64,000 bases of DNA from Gammaproteobacteria bacterium (GTDB taxonomy: Bacteria > Pseudomonadota > Gammaproteobacteria > Eutrophobiales > Eutrophobiaceae). A program made the position numbers and the translations under genes. Positions 10,601-20,159 of the stretch are shown in pieces (the stretch's first letter is position 1; the number at the start of each line of letters is the position of its first letter). The stretch covers positions 1,568,001-1,632,000 of the forward strand of contig OZ220696.1 in assembly GCA_965116495.1 (NCBI GenBank), in the 5' to 3' direction. The notes below the pieces were generated by a model that worked only from the letters and a program-made list of their open reading frames with translations, was not told the DNA's origin and ran no database searches.

Positions 10601-13055
10601 TCGAGCCTTGATAAGAGGCCCAGTCCAACCCCGCACCGCCATCCAACCTGTCGGCGCCGGCGCCGCCTTCCAGTCGGTTGGCAGCATCATCGCCCACCAG
10701 CACGTCATCGTGAGCAGAACCAAGGATGTTCTCAATCTCGGTCAATATGTCTCCCTCGGCATGACCGCCCTGCACAATGCCTTCTGCAAGATTGATTGTC
10801 ACCGCCGCATCCGAATCACGATACGCCGCCCAGTCCATCCCCGCATCCCCGTCCAGACGGTCCGCGCCGGCGCCCCCTTCCAGAATGTCATCACCGCCAC
10901 TGCCCCAAATCTGGTCATTGCCATCACGCCCGTTCAGGTCGTTGGCAATCGCATTGCCGACAATCACATCATCTCCCGACCCGGCCACAAGATTCTCGAT
11001 CCAGGTATCCCGTGCGATGCTCATATTGCCAATCAGGCCGTATACATCGGAGATACCTTCCGGACGCAGGTAGATGCGCTGCTCTTGGGTGTCTGTGCGT
11101 AAATCCAGTGTGTCGCTACCGCCGTTGTCGTAAATCGTGAAGGTGGTTGGGATCGTAAGGCTTTGGGGTGAAAACTCCGGGTTCTCGGGTGTGCCCACGC
11201 TTTCAAAATAGTGAATGATGCCATCTTGATTCCCAACAATGAGATCAGGATGACTATCAGCGTTCAGGTCGGCAAATTCAAGCCCTATCCAATAGCCCGC
11301 AACAGTCGCATGAAAAGGATTCTCGAAGCCTGCGCGCTGGACGAAAACCGGTTCGGTCGTTGTGCCGGTATTCTCATGATAGAGAATGTCACCATTGCTG
11401 CTTCCCACAACGAGGTCAAAATCACGGTCATTGTCAGTATCAATAAATGCAGGTGTGTTATGAAACCCTCCGCTGATATTATTGAGAGGACTGGATGCAC
11501 CGCTACGTAATACAAAATCAGGGTTGGTCGCCGTGCCGGTGTTCTCATAGTAAGGAATATCGCCCCCCTCAGTGCCAACCGCGAGGTCAAGATCACCATC
11601 GCCGTCCAGGTCGGCCAATGTAAGCGTAGACCATGCACTGATCGTAATGCCATTAAACGGATTGGCTGTGTCAGTGCGTTGTGTAAAATGGGGGACGGCC
11701 ACAGTACCGGTATTCTCGAAGTAAGCGATAGCGCCGTAGTCATATCCAATGATGAGGTCATGGTCACCATCGCCGTCAAGGTCAGTGAAGGTCGGGGCGC
11801 TGTAAGACAGCACCGAAATGCCCTCCAAAGGGTTGTTTACGCCGGTGCGTTCGGTAAAATCAGGGTTGGCAGGCGTGCCGATGTTCTCATAGTAATACAG
11901 CAAGCCGGTGTCATTACCAACCACCAAATCCGGGTCACCGTCACCGTCAAGGTCGGTCAATGCCGGTTTAACCGTCGGTGTGCCGGAGTCACTCGGTGCT
12001 TGTATATCAGAAAAGGGATTGGCCTCCCCGGTCCATAATCTGAAGTATTCACCCAGGTAACCGTCCACATTTGATTGATAACCGTAAATGGTATCGCCTG
12101 TGTTGATCGTGTCAGGCGCGCCATAGAGATCCTGGATGGCGATGATGTCTGCAATCATCGGGGTCACGAACTTGGCAAAGCTGGCATTGATATATGTATT
12201 CTCTCCTTGGGAAAAATAAGACATCACCGTGGCCTGATAGGAATCTTTGAGGAATACGTTGTCGCGGCCGTATACACTGAGAAGATCGTATGGACCGGCA
12301 TGACCCAGACCCAAGGCGTGACCGATCTCGTGAATATAGGTCACGAAAGCGTTGCTGACCACACCTGTGCCATATGCAAACAACCAACCTGATGGCACGT
12401 TGACCAGGGACACAATATCCCCGTTAATGAACCGGCTGATGCCGAGAGAGCTTTCCCCTTCATCATCAAAGATGATACGGGCAGTATCATCTTCGACGAA
12501 CCTGAAAGTAATACCGGTCACGTTAGTCCAAGACTCAAGCGCCCAGCGCACGACTTGCTGTCCCTCTTCGGTGAGGGCGGTAATATTGACACTCAGCATG
12601 CCGCCAGGCTCCAGATCATGAGCAAACCTTGATCCCTTTTGCCATTCTTCCTGGAAACCATCCGTCAGAAACTCGGCAATCTCGTCATAACTGCCCTCCG
12701 GGATCGTGTTCTCGGCCAGCGCAAGCTCGTAGCTACCCGTGAAAGTATCATCGTAACTGCCTATGCACAGATAATAAGTCCCGCTGACGTCGGGGCTGAA
12801 AATGAGCCTTGCGCCGGCAGGAATCAAGACGCCGGAGGCCACCTGGTTGCCGGAGGCATCAAACAGCCCCAATACAGCCCAATCAACACCGCCGAGAGTA
12901 ACATCGTATATCGTCTCCGCGCTCAGTTCGACTTTGATCCAGTCTTTGTCACCCACCGAATCGAGCGTTCCCTGGAACATGTCTCCAAGAGATAGGGTAT
13001 ATTGCGTTTGCGCATTCGCGCCGGCATCACCCTTGTCTTCTTTGATAACAGCCAT
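7644..13055 (-). CDS. M10 serralysin-like zinc metalloprotease with PPC-like domain, FG-GAP repeats and RTX Ca-binding repeats
   Basis: HEIGHALGLGH, Met-turn TVMSY, 5 DxDGDGDxDL repeats, many GGxGxD nonapeptides, C-terminus LDATDFLF. Confidence 0.93.
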   Translation of the reverse strand: MAVIKEDKGDAGANAQTQYTLSLGDMFQGTLDSVGDKDWIKVELSAETIYDVTLGGVDWAVLGLFDASGNQVASGVLIPAGARLIFSPDVSGTYYLCIGSYDDTFTGSYELALAENTIPEGSYDEIAEFLTDGFQEEWQKGSRFAHDLEPGGMLSVNITALTEEGQQVVRWALESWTNVTGITFRFVEDDTARIIFDDEGESSLGISRFINGDIVSLVNVPSGWLFAYGTGVVSNAFVTYIHEIGHALGLGHAGPYDLLSVYGRDNVFLKDSYQATVMSYFSQGENTYINASFAKFVTPMIADIIAIQDLYGAPDTINTGDTIYGYQSNVDGYLGEYFRLWTGEANPFSDIQAPSDSGTPTVKPALTDLDGDGDPDLVVGNDTGLLYYYENIGTPANPDFTERTGVNNPLEGISVLSYSAPTFTDLDGDGDHDLIIGYDYGAIAYFENTGTVAVPHFTQRTDTANPFNGITISAWSTLTLADLDGDGDLDLAVGTEGGDIPYYENTGTATNPDFVLRSGASSPLNNISGGFHNTPAFIDTDNDRDFDLVVGSSNGDILYHENTGTTTEPVFVQRAGFENPFHATVAGYWIGLEFADLNADSHPDLIVGNQDGIIHYFESVGTPENPEFSPQSLTIPTTFTIYDNGGSDTLDLRTDTQEQRIYLRPEGISDVYGLIGNMSIARDTWIENLVAGSGDDVIVGNAIANDLNGRDGNDQIWGSGGDDILEGGAGADRLDGDAGMDWAAYRDSDAAVTINLAEGIVQGGHAEGDILTEIENILGSAHDDVLVGDDAANRLEGGAGADRLDGGAGLDWASYQGSNEGVTVDLAAGTAAGGDAQGDMIENIENLSGSGFADVLWGDGNTNRLDGGGGDDRLWGAGGEDILAGGDGDDWLLGSSGVDQLDGGAGLDGLSYELSATGVTVNLGEGTLTGGYAQGDVFTGIEHVMGSEYRDVLMGDAGANELYGLGGDDELRGSGGDDRLAGGAGADRLDGGIGLDWAVYLTSDAGVTVNLADSTVAGGHAQGDTLTSIENIAGSDYRDVLTGDNGPNELHGVGGNDELRGGADNDALEGGPGADRLDGGGGVDWVVYLRSDTGVTVDLYNNTVAGGHAEGDVISGIENIAGSALPDVLTGDDSANELAGNGGADELRGNGGDDVLAGGAGADRLDGGAGADTLSYRLSVAGVRVDLAAGTAAGGYAEGDTFTGMENVTGSAYRDSLTGDAGANRLEGAGGDDVLHGGAGADYLLGNTGADELRGNEGNDELQGGAGHDQLFGEAGVDVLYGDGGDDELHGGADRDKLFGGAGADSLHGDDGDDALHGGDGDDWLYGNAGADRLDGGRGIDWASYLGSSAGVRINLATGTVGGGDAEGDVLTAIENLAGSGYDDVLRGDGVGNVLYGLDGADELYGNGGDDVLQGGAGADRLDGGSGVDSALYEDSDAGVFVDLKYGNTGGGAAEGDVLTSIENVTGSGFDDNLRGDAGANRLQGGAGAGDWVGYWESDAAVTVNLLEGTGKGGHAEGDIIRNVEIVDGTDYGDVLIGNHKNNGFQGLGGNDDIRGNGGDDWLAGGAGADKLDGGDGIDTTDYWNSDTGVMVNLLEGIAKDGYAEGDVLTGIEGVSGSEFADVLYGDGNANTLAGGAGDDEIYGNDGGDLLLGDGGNDYLHGDEGDDRMLGHDGDDELNGGAGDDFLMGGAGADRLNGGAGDDELYGGAPSWSSEADGAGNPDVFVFDAGHGDDGIHSFIDNKDKIDLSAFNLPGFEALDLSYYPGGASVPGGITIDLSSHGGGTILLVGFDMANLDATDFLF

Positions 13056-13130
13056 TTGCTCACCCCCTGTCTGAACCGAAAAGCGTCATTTTCATCCTGC
13101 TATTCATGTCTGTCGGCTGCTTGCGTTATT

Positions 13131-14459
13131 TTACGATCTGGATGGGCTTGCCACCTGTTCCGGGGCGCCTTCGGAGTTCTGGGCTGTCTGCTGCGAGGTA
13201 AGCGCGGCCGCGCGCTTGCTGGCCGCCAGCTCTGTCTGCACGTATGTCATCAGGCTGGGGATGCCAGGCTCACACAGATCATCGCCTGCCGGTTGCCAGA
13301 TATAGCCCAGGTTTGCGAGTTGGTCCAACTGCGCATCAGCCGTTTGTGCCGTTACGCCGGTTAGGGCAACCAGGTGATCTGACAGGTCCATGTAGCCGGC
13401 TGTTTCCTGTCCCACAAATGTACCGGCTACGGCGCCGGCGGCCTGCAGCAAGCCCTGTTTGCGCAGCTCGCGGAAACGATCTCCGTAGTAAGCGGTCCTG
13501 CTGGCCTCAAACCTTGGCCTGGCCGCATCGACAATACTTGCCTGCACACGGAAACGCATGGTGTCCACCATGGCATGGCACAGCGCTTCCCCCCAGAGTT
13601 GGATGAAGTAGGGGTAACGCTGGCTTTCCTGCACTACGCGGTCCAGGACATCCTTGTCAAAGGTGATATCTGCCTCAGCCAGCGGAGAGACCAGCGCCTC
13701 AACAGTAGCTTCCAGACTCAGGCGGCCAATGCCGATTTTTTCTGCCCGGTTCCAGAAGGTGGCGCTCATCTGATTCAAGTGATCTCTCAAATTTGGCGTC
13801 CCGGCGATGGCCAACAGAAAGGGAGCGCCCTGTTTGCGCACTTGCTGGCTGGCGTTCAACAGCGTATGACCCACCTCCGCGGCTAGCGTATGCGCCTCGT
13901 CCAGCGCTACTACCAACGGGCGTTTGCGGCAGCGGGCGACCAGCATTTGAACAAGATGGCGACGTTTGATGTTGTCCATCTGGTCAGGCGTCATACTGTC
14001 CCAGCGGGCGCCGATGGCCTGCAGGTCGATGCTGAGCCCGGAGGGAGTAATGGATGTCAGGAACTTCCCGATTACACTATCGTCATAGAGCAGGTGGCTT
14101 GCCAGATCGGTAACATTTCCAATCTCCGCGGGTGTCAGGTCCAGCGTGTCGGTGTCCTGATCTTCGCACTGTCGGCGGAAGGTTTCGAGCAGCACGGTTT
14201 TGCCGTTACCGCGCGGCCCATAGATCACTGCGTCGGCAGGCACCTGACGGTTACTCAGCAGGCGTTGCAGAAAGCCTTGCAACACACGCAAATCACCGTC
14301 CCTGCCAGCAAGCACAGGAGGCAGAGCACCGCTACCCGGCACAAACAGGCTCAGCAGGTTCTTTGTGAAGTCAGGGTCGATATAGCTCGTTGTCACAATG
14401 ACGAGTATAGCACGGTAAGACAACGACTTGCCCTCATACAGGGGCCGGCAGAAAAGCAA
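13131..14459 (-). CDS. AAA-family ATPase (AAA_16-like); true start may be ~20 codons downstream
   Basis: PGSGALPPVLAGR, Walker A GPRGNGKT, Walker B VVALDEAH, YPYFIQLWG. Confidence 0.88.
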   Translation of the reverse strand: MLFCRPLYEGKSLSYRAILVIVTTSYIDPDFTKNLLSLFVPGSGALPPVLAGRDGDLRVLQGFLQRLLSNRQVPADAVIYGPRGNGKTVLLETFRRQCEDQDTDTLDLTPAEIGNVTDLASHLLYDDSVIGKFLTSITPSGLSIDLQAIGARWDSMTPDQMDNIKRRHLVQMLVARCRKRPLVVALDEAHTLAAEVGHTLLNASQQVRKQGAPFLLAIAGTPNLRDHLNQMSATFWNRAEKIGIGRLSLEATVEALVSPLAEADITFDKDVLDRVVQESQRYPYFIQLWGEALCHAMVDTMRFRVQASIVDAARPRFEASRTAYYGDRFRELRKQGLLQAAGAVAGTFVGQETAGYMDLSDHLVALTGVTAQTADAQLDQLANLGYIWQPAGDDLCEPGIPSLMTYVQTELAASKRAAALTSQQTAQNSEGAPEQVASPSRS

Positions 14460-14497
14460 GTTGCTACGGAATTAAACTCCCTGATGCCTGCAAATTA

Positions 14498-17400
14498 TCA
14501 GAACAGGAAGTCACTCGCATCCAGGTTGGTGATGTCGAAATCGACCAGCAGGATCGTGCCACCGTCGTGGGCTGACATGTCTATTATGAGCCCAGATATG
14601 GACACATTTGGACGGGATGTGGCGGAGGACAGGTTGATATCATCAAATCCAGACAGGTTGAAGGCGCTGAGGTCGATTTTATCTTCATCGTTGACAAAGT
14701 AGATGGTATCGTCTCCATGGCCGACATCGAAGATAAACACGTCAACGCTTCCATCACTCTCATTAGACCACTCAATATGTCCGGCCAAGTAATCGTTTCC
14801 GACACCACCGTCTAAGAGGTCGGCACCAGCGCGGCCTATCAAGACGTCATGGCCTCTCCCCCCGTGAATATTATCATCGCCGTCGTATCCGAAGATGGAA
14901 TCATTACCCTCATCACCGTAAATGATGTCATCGCCGCCATATCCGAGGATGGCATCATTACCCTCACCACCGTAAAGGGTGTCATTGCCATCTCCCCCGT
15001 GGATTTGATCATCCCCCTCACCCCCATAGATGCTATCATTGCCGATAAGACCGTGCAGAAAGTCATCACCGCCATTGCCGTGCATCTCATCGTCACCAGC
15101 AAAGCCTAGCAGGGAATTATCGCTGTTGTCACCTGTCAATACATCTCCTTGATTGGAACCTCTTATGCTCTCAATATTGACAATCACATCACCTTCGGCG
15201 TGACCACCCTTGCTTGTACCCTCTTCGAGATTTATGGTCACTCCGGTATCCGAAGCCAGATATGATGCCGTATCGGAACCCCCACCACCGTCCAGCATAT
15301 CCGCGCCGGCTCCTCCAACCAGCCAATCATCTCCACCATTTCCGTGAAGCTCATCGTCTCCAGCATAACCGTAAAACGTGTTATTTTTGTGATCACCAGT
15401 CAATACATCTTTGTAATCAGTACCACTAACGTCCTCAACACCTGTAATAACATCCCCTTCTGCACTACCTCCCTTGCCGGTACCGTCCAAGAGGTTGACT
15501 GTGACACCCACATCTGACGGCAAATAGTCTATCCAGTCTATCCCTTCACCTCCGTCCAACCGATCAGCGCCGCCGCCACCATGAAGTCTGTCGTCGCCAG
15601 CGCCCCCTACAAGGTGATTAGCGCCGTCATCACCTCTTATTGCATCTGCATAATCAGTGCCAATCACATTCTCAATACTTCTGATCACGTCACCTTGCGC
15701 ATGACCGCCTTCAACCGTATTCTCTACCAGATTGACGATGATGCCTTGGTCCGAATCCTCATACGACAGCGTATCAATACCCTCTCCGCCGTCCAACTGA
15801 TCGGCCCCAGCGCCACCCTGTAATACGTCATCACCAGCATTGCCGTACAACTCATCCGCGCCGTCCAACCCATATAACATATTGCCAACCCCATCACCCC
15901 GTAACACGTCGTCGTAACCGGAACCCATCAGGTTTTCAATCGCAGTGAGCACGTCTCCCTCGGCATCCCCGCCCCCCACCGTACCCATCGCAAGGTTTAT
16001 TCTCACCCCTGCGCCCGAGCCCAAATAAGAGACCCAGTCAAGGCCCCTGCCCCCATCCAGCCGGTCGGCACCCGCATTGCCGTATAACCAGTCATCGCCG
16101 GCACCGCCCTCCAACTCGTCATCACCGTCATCCCCATACAAGCTGTCAGCACCCGCACCACCGAACAGTTGGTCTTTATCTACTCCCCCGTGCAGTTCAT
16201 CATTGCCCCCATCACCATGCAGGACATCCGCGCCCGCGCCACCGTGTAATGCATCATCACCCCCGGCGCCCTCCAGACGATTTGCACCGGCATCACCCGT
16301 CAGGCTATCCCGGTAACCAGAGCCTGTTACGTTCTCCATACCTGTAAACGTATCCCCCTCGGCATAACCGCCTGCCGCCGTGCCCGCGGCCAGGTCCACC
16401 CGTACTCCTGCCACGGATAAGCGGTAGGACAAAGTGTCCGCGCCTGCTCCTCCATCCAGGCGGTCGGCGCCGGCGCCCCCTGCCAGTACGTCATCACCAC
16501 CGTTGCCACGCAGTTCATCAGCGCCCCCGTTACCGGCCAGCTCATTGGCGCTGTCATCACCTGTCAGCACATCCGGGAGGGCAGACCCAGCGATATTCTC
16601 AATCCCGCTGATGACGTCACCCTCAGCATGACCACCGGCGACCGTATTGTTGTAGAGGTCAACCGTCACGCCCGTGTCCGAACGTAGGTAGACCACCCAG
16701 TCCGGCCCGCCCCCACCATCCAGCCGATCAGCGCCCGGCCCGCCTTCCAATGCATCGTTGTCGGCGCCACCCCGAAGCTCGTCGTTGCCTCCTGCGCCGT
16801 ACAGTTCATTGGCTCCACTGTCGCCAGTCAATATATCCTCATAACCAGACCCTGCGATATTCTCTATCCCGGTAAACGTGTCACCTTGTGCATGACCGCC
16901 AACCGCCGTGTTGTCAGCCAGATTCACTGTTACACCCGCATCCGATGTCAAATAAACCGCCCAATCCAGACCGGCACCCCCATCCAATCGGTCTCCACCG
17001 GTGCCGCCCTCCAGCACATCGTCGCCTTCATTGCCCCGAAGTTCATCGTCACCCCCAAGGCCGTACAACTCATTGGCACCAGCATCACCCGTCAATACAT
17101 CCCGGTACTCAGAGCCCATCACATGCTCAATACCGGTGAATACATCACCTTGCGCATCACCGCCCGCTGATGTCCGCTCCCCAAGATTGACCGTGACCCC
17201 TGCAGCCGACAACTCGTAGGACAACCCGTCCAGGCCGGCGCCCCCATCCAACTGATCGATGCCACTGCTGCCTAACAACCAGTCATTGCCATCTCCTCCC
17301 ACCAGAACATCCTCACCACCCGCGCCCCAAAGCCGATCATCCCCTCCTTTGCCTTCCAACCTGTTGGCATTGCCATCACCCCGCAACACGTCAGCAAAGC

Positions 17401-19954
17401 CCGACCCGCTCAGGTTTTCTATATTCTCAATCACGTCACCTTGCGCATCACCGCCCTCTGCCGTGCCTGCCGCAAGGTCTACCGTTACTCCCTCATTCGA
17501 ACCTTGATAAGAGGCCCAGTCCAACCCCGCACCGCCATCCAGCCTGTCGCCGCCGCTGCCTCCCTCCAGCCGATTGTCCTCATCGTCACCCACCAGCACA
17601 TCATCGTGGGCAGAACCAATGATGTTCTCAATCTCAGTCAATACGTCTCCCTCGGCATGACCGCCCTCTGCCGCGCGTTCCGCCAGGTTAATTGTTACCC
17701 CTGCATCCGAATCACGATACGCCGCCCAGTCCATCCCCGCATCCCCGTTCAGACGGTCCGCGCCGGCGCCACCTTGCAGGATGTCATCACCGCCACTGCC
17801 CCAAATCCGGTCATTGCCTGCACGCCCGTTCAGGTCGTTGGCAATCGCATTGCCGGCAATCAGGTCATCTCCGGAACCGGCAATAACGTTCTCTATCCAG
17901 GTATCCCGTGCAATAATCACGTTCCCAATCAGGCCGTATACATCGGAGATACCTTCCGGACGCAGGTAGATGCGCTGGTCGTTCGTATCCGTGCGCACGT
18001 CCAGAGTATCGGTGCCGCCGTTGTCGTAAATCGTGAAGGTGGTTGGTCTAGCGAGGCTTTGGGGTGAAAATTTGGGGTTCTCCACTGTGCCGGTATTTTT
18101 ATAATAAGCAATGACGCCATCCTGATTGCCAACAATGAAGTCAAGATTGCCATCACCATTCAGATCACCAAATTCAATCCCAAGAAAAAAACCTGCATTG
18201 ATTCCTTGGAAAGGATTATCAAAATCTCTGCGCTGGGTGAAATCCGGCTCGGTTGTTGTGCCGGTGTTCTCGAAATAGAGGACGCCACCACCTCTATTCC
18301 CGACGATGAGGTCAAAATCGTCGTCATTATCAACATCGACAAATACGGGCGAGTTATAAGAGCCTTCATTGATGTTGTTAAGAGGACTGGACGTACCGGT
18401 CCGTAATGCAAATTCAGGATTGGTCTTCGTGCCGGTGTTCTCATAGTAAGGAACGTCACCGTCATTGGTGCCGACAGCAAGGTCACTATCGCCGTCGCCA
18501 TCCAGATCTGCAAATGCGAGTGTGCTCCATGATCCCATTGTGATATTGCTAAACGGATTGGCCGCGTCGGAGCGTTGTATAAAGTGGCCAGAGGTCGCAG
18601 CGCCGGTATTCTCGAAATAAGCGATAGCATCATTGCCATCACCAACGATGATGTCCAGGTCACCATCGCCGTCAAGGTCGGTGAAGGTCGGGGCGCTGTA
18701 AGACTGCACCGAAATGCCCTCCAAAGGGTTGTTTACGCCGGTGCGTTCCGTAAAATCAGGGTTGGCAGGCGTACCGATGTTTTCAAAGTAATACAGCAGG
18801 CCAGTGTTATTACCGCCCACAAGGTCCAGGTCACCATCACCGTCAAGGTCGGCCAATGCCAGCTTAAGAGCTTGATGATCAACGTTACTTGGCACTTCTA
18901 CACTGAAGAAGGGATTTTCCTCCCCGGTCCATAATCTGAAGTATTCACCCAGGTAACCGTCCACGTTAGATTGGTAGCCGTAAATGGTATCGCCTGTGTT
19001 GATTGTGTCAGGCACACCGTAAAGATCCTGGATGGCGATGATGTCCACTATCATTGGAGTGACAGATTCAGCAGAGCTTGCTCTCAAGTAGGTGTTATCA
19101 CCTTGGTTTACATACGACATTATCGACAGCTGATCAGAGTCATTCACGAAGATGTTGTGATAGCCGTAATAAAATGGACTGCCGTTGTAGGGACCGGGAT
19201 GACCGAGGCCGAGAGCATGACCAGTTTCATGAAAATAGACATAGAAGGTGTAACTATCAATCGTTGTTCCATGCTCAATGAGATGGAATTCCGGAACACT
19301 CACCATCGAAGATTCGATAAGCCCATCACCGTGTACAACTCCCGCGTGTGCCCAATCTAAATCATCAGTAAATGTAATATGGGCAGTATCATCATCGACA
19401 AACTCGAAAGTAATGCTGGTGACGCTGTCCCAAGCCTCAATTGCCCATCGGGCTAGTCGTTGACCCTCTTCAGTCAGGGCGGTGATATTAACGGTCAAAC
19501 TACCGCCAGGTTCAACGTCAAAAGCGATCCTTGAGCCCCAGTAGCCATCGGTCAGATACCCGGCAATCTCGTCATAACTACCCACAGGGATGGTGTTTTC
19601 AGTGAGAGCAAGCTCATAGACACCCGTGACAGCATCATCGTAACTGCCTACCCCGAGATAATACGTCCCACTGACACTCGGACTGAAGATCAGCTTTGTG
19701 CCGGAGGGAGTGTAGCCACCAGAGACTATCCAGTTCCCGGAAGCATCAAACAGCGCCAATTCGGCCGAATCGACATCCTCAACGGTAAAGCCGAGAGTAA
19801 AATCGTATATCGTCTCCGCGCTCAGTTCGACCTTGATCCAGTCTTTGTCACCCCCTGAATCGAGCGTTCCCTGAAATATGTCTCCCAGCGAAATCGTGTA
19901 AGAGGTTCCAGCAGCCGCACCGGCATCGCCTCTGTCTTCTTTAATCACGGCCAT
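14498..19954 (-). CDS. M10 serralysin-like RTX metalloprotease with FG-GAP repeats (paralog of 7644..13055)
   Basis: HETGHALGLGH, SIMSY, same architecture, C-terminus LDASDFLF. Confidence 0.93.
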   Translation of the reverse strand: MAVIKEDRGDAGAAAGTSYTISLGDIFQGTLDSGGDKDWIKVELSAETIYDFTLGFTVEDVDSAELALFDASGNWIVSGGYTPSGTKLIFSPSVSGTYYLGVGSYDDAVTGVYELALTENTIPVGSYDEIAGYLTDGYWGSRIAFDVEPGGSLTVNITALTEEGQRLARWAIEAWDSVTSITFEFVDDDTAHITFTDDLDWAHAGVVHGDGLIESSMVSVPEFHLIEHGTTIDSYTFYVYFHETGHALGLGHPGPYNGSPFYYGYHNIFVNDSDQLSIMSYVNQGDNTYLRASSAESVTPMIVDIIAIQDLYGVPDTINTGDTIYGYQSNVDGYLGEYFRLWTGEENPFFSVEVPSNVDHQALKLALADLDGDGDLDLVGGNNTGLLYYFENIGTPANPDFTERTGVNNPLEGISVQSYSAPTFTDLDGDGDLDIIVGDGNDAIAYFENTGAATSGHFIQRSDAANPFSNITMGSWSTLAFADLDGDGDSDLAVGTNDGDVPYYENTGTKTNPEFALRTGTSSPLNNINEGSYNSPVFVDVDNDDDFDLIVGNRGGGVLYFENTGTTTEPDFTQRRDFDNPFQGINAGFFLGIEFGDLNGDGNLDFIVGNQDGVIAYYKNTGTVENPKFSPQSLARPTTFTIYDNGGTDTLDVRTDTNDQRIYLRPEGISDVYGLIGNVIIARDTWIENVIAGSGDDLIAGNAIANDLNGRAGNDRIWGSGGDDILQGGAGADRLNGDAGMDWAAYRDSDAGVTINLAERAAEGGHAEGDVLTEIENIIGSAHDDVLVGDDEDNRLEGGSGGDRLDGGAGLDWASYQGSNEGVTVDLAAGTAEGGDAQGDVIENIENLSGSGFADVLRGDGNANRLEGKGGDDRLWGAGGEDVLVGGDGNDWLLGSSGIDQLDGGAGLDGLSYELSAAGVTVNLGERTSAGGDAQGDVFTGIEHVMGSEYRDVLTGDAGANELYGLGGDDELRGNEGDDVLEGGTGGDRLDGGAGLDWAVYLTSDAGVTVNLADNTAVGGHAQGDTFTGIENIAGSGYEDILTGDSGANELYGAGGNDELRGGADNDALEGGPGADRLDGGGGPDWVVYLRSDTGVTVDLYNNTVAGGHAEGDVISGIENIAGSALPDVLTGDDSANELAGNGGADELRGNGGDDVLAGGAGADRLDGGAGADTLSYRLSVAGVRVDLAAGTAAGGYAEGDTFTGMENVTGSGYRDSLTGDAGANRLEGAGGDDALHGGAGADVLHGDGGNDELHGGVDKDQLFGGAGADSLYGDDGDDELEGGAGDDWLYGNAGADRLDGGRGLDWVSYLGSGAGVRINLAMGTVGGGDAEGDVLTAIENLMGSGYDDVLRGDGVGNMLYGLDGADELYGNAGDDVLQGGAGADQLDGGEGIDTLSYEDSDQGIIVNLVENTVEGGHAQGDVIRSIENVIGTDYADAIRGDDGANHLVGGAGDDRLHGGGGADRLDGGEGIDWIDYLPSDVGVTVNLLDGTGKGGSAEGDVITGVEDVSGTDYKDVLTGDHKNNTFYGYAGDDELHGNGGDDWLVGGAGADMLDGGGGSDTASYLASDTGVTINLEEGTSKGGHAEGDVIVNIESIRGSNQGDVLTGDNSDNSLLGFAGDDEMHGNGGDDFLHGLIGNDSIYGGEGDDQIHGGDGNDTLYGGEGNDAILGYGGDDIIYGDEGNDSIFGYDGDDNIHGGRGHDVLIGRAGADLLDGGVGNDYLAGHIEWSNESDGSVDVFIFDVGHGDDTIYFVNDEDKIDLSAFNLSGFDDINLSSATSRPNVSISGLIIDMSAHDGGTILLVDFDITNLDASDFLF

Positions 19955-20019
19955 TTATCAGCCCGTCCCCTCTGCCTGAATTCAAACAACAGCGCTTTTT
20001 ATTAGACCATATACGATGA

Positions 20020-20139
20020 AACTTTGGAATGTAGTCTTCCAGGAATTCACGCTTGTAGCCGACAGGCTCCCGTTCATAAATCGGACGGCGTACATAGTCC
20101 CGGAAGGCGAGGCTAGAATCGAAGTCGATATCAATGAGC
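20020..20139 (-). pseudogene. Probable Fic-family protein fragment
   Basis: Minus-strand translation AFRDYVRRPIYEREPVGYKREFLEDYIPK resembles the R.PVGY.R.FL..Y.P segment of a Fic subfamily (recalled, not searched). Confidence 0.45.
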
Positions 20140-20159
20140 TATAGGCAGCCCAGGGTCTT

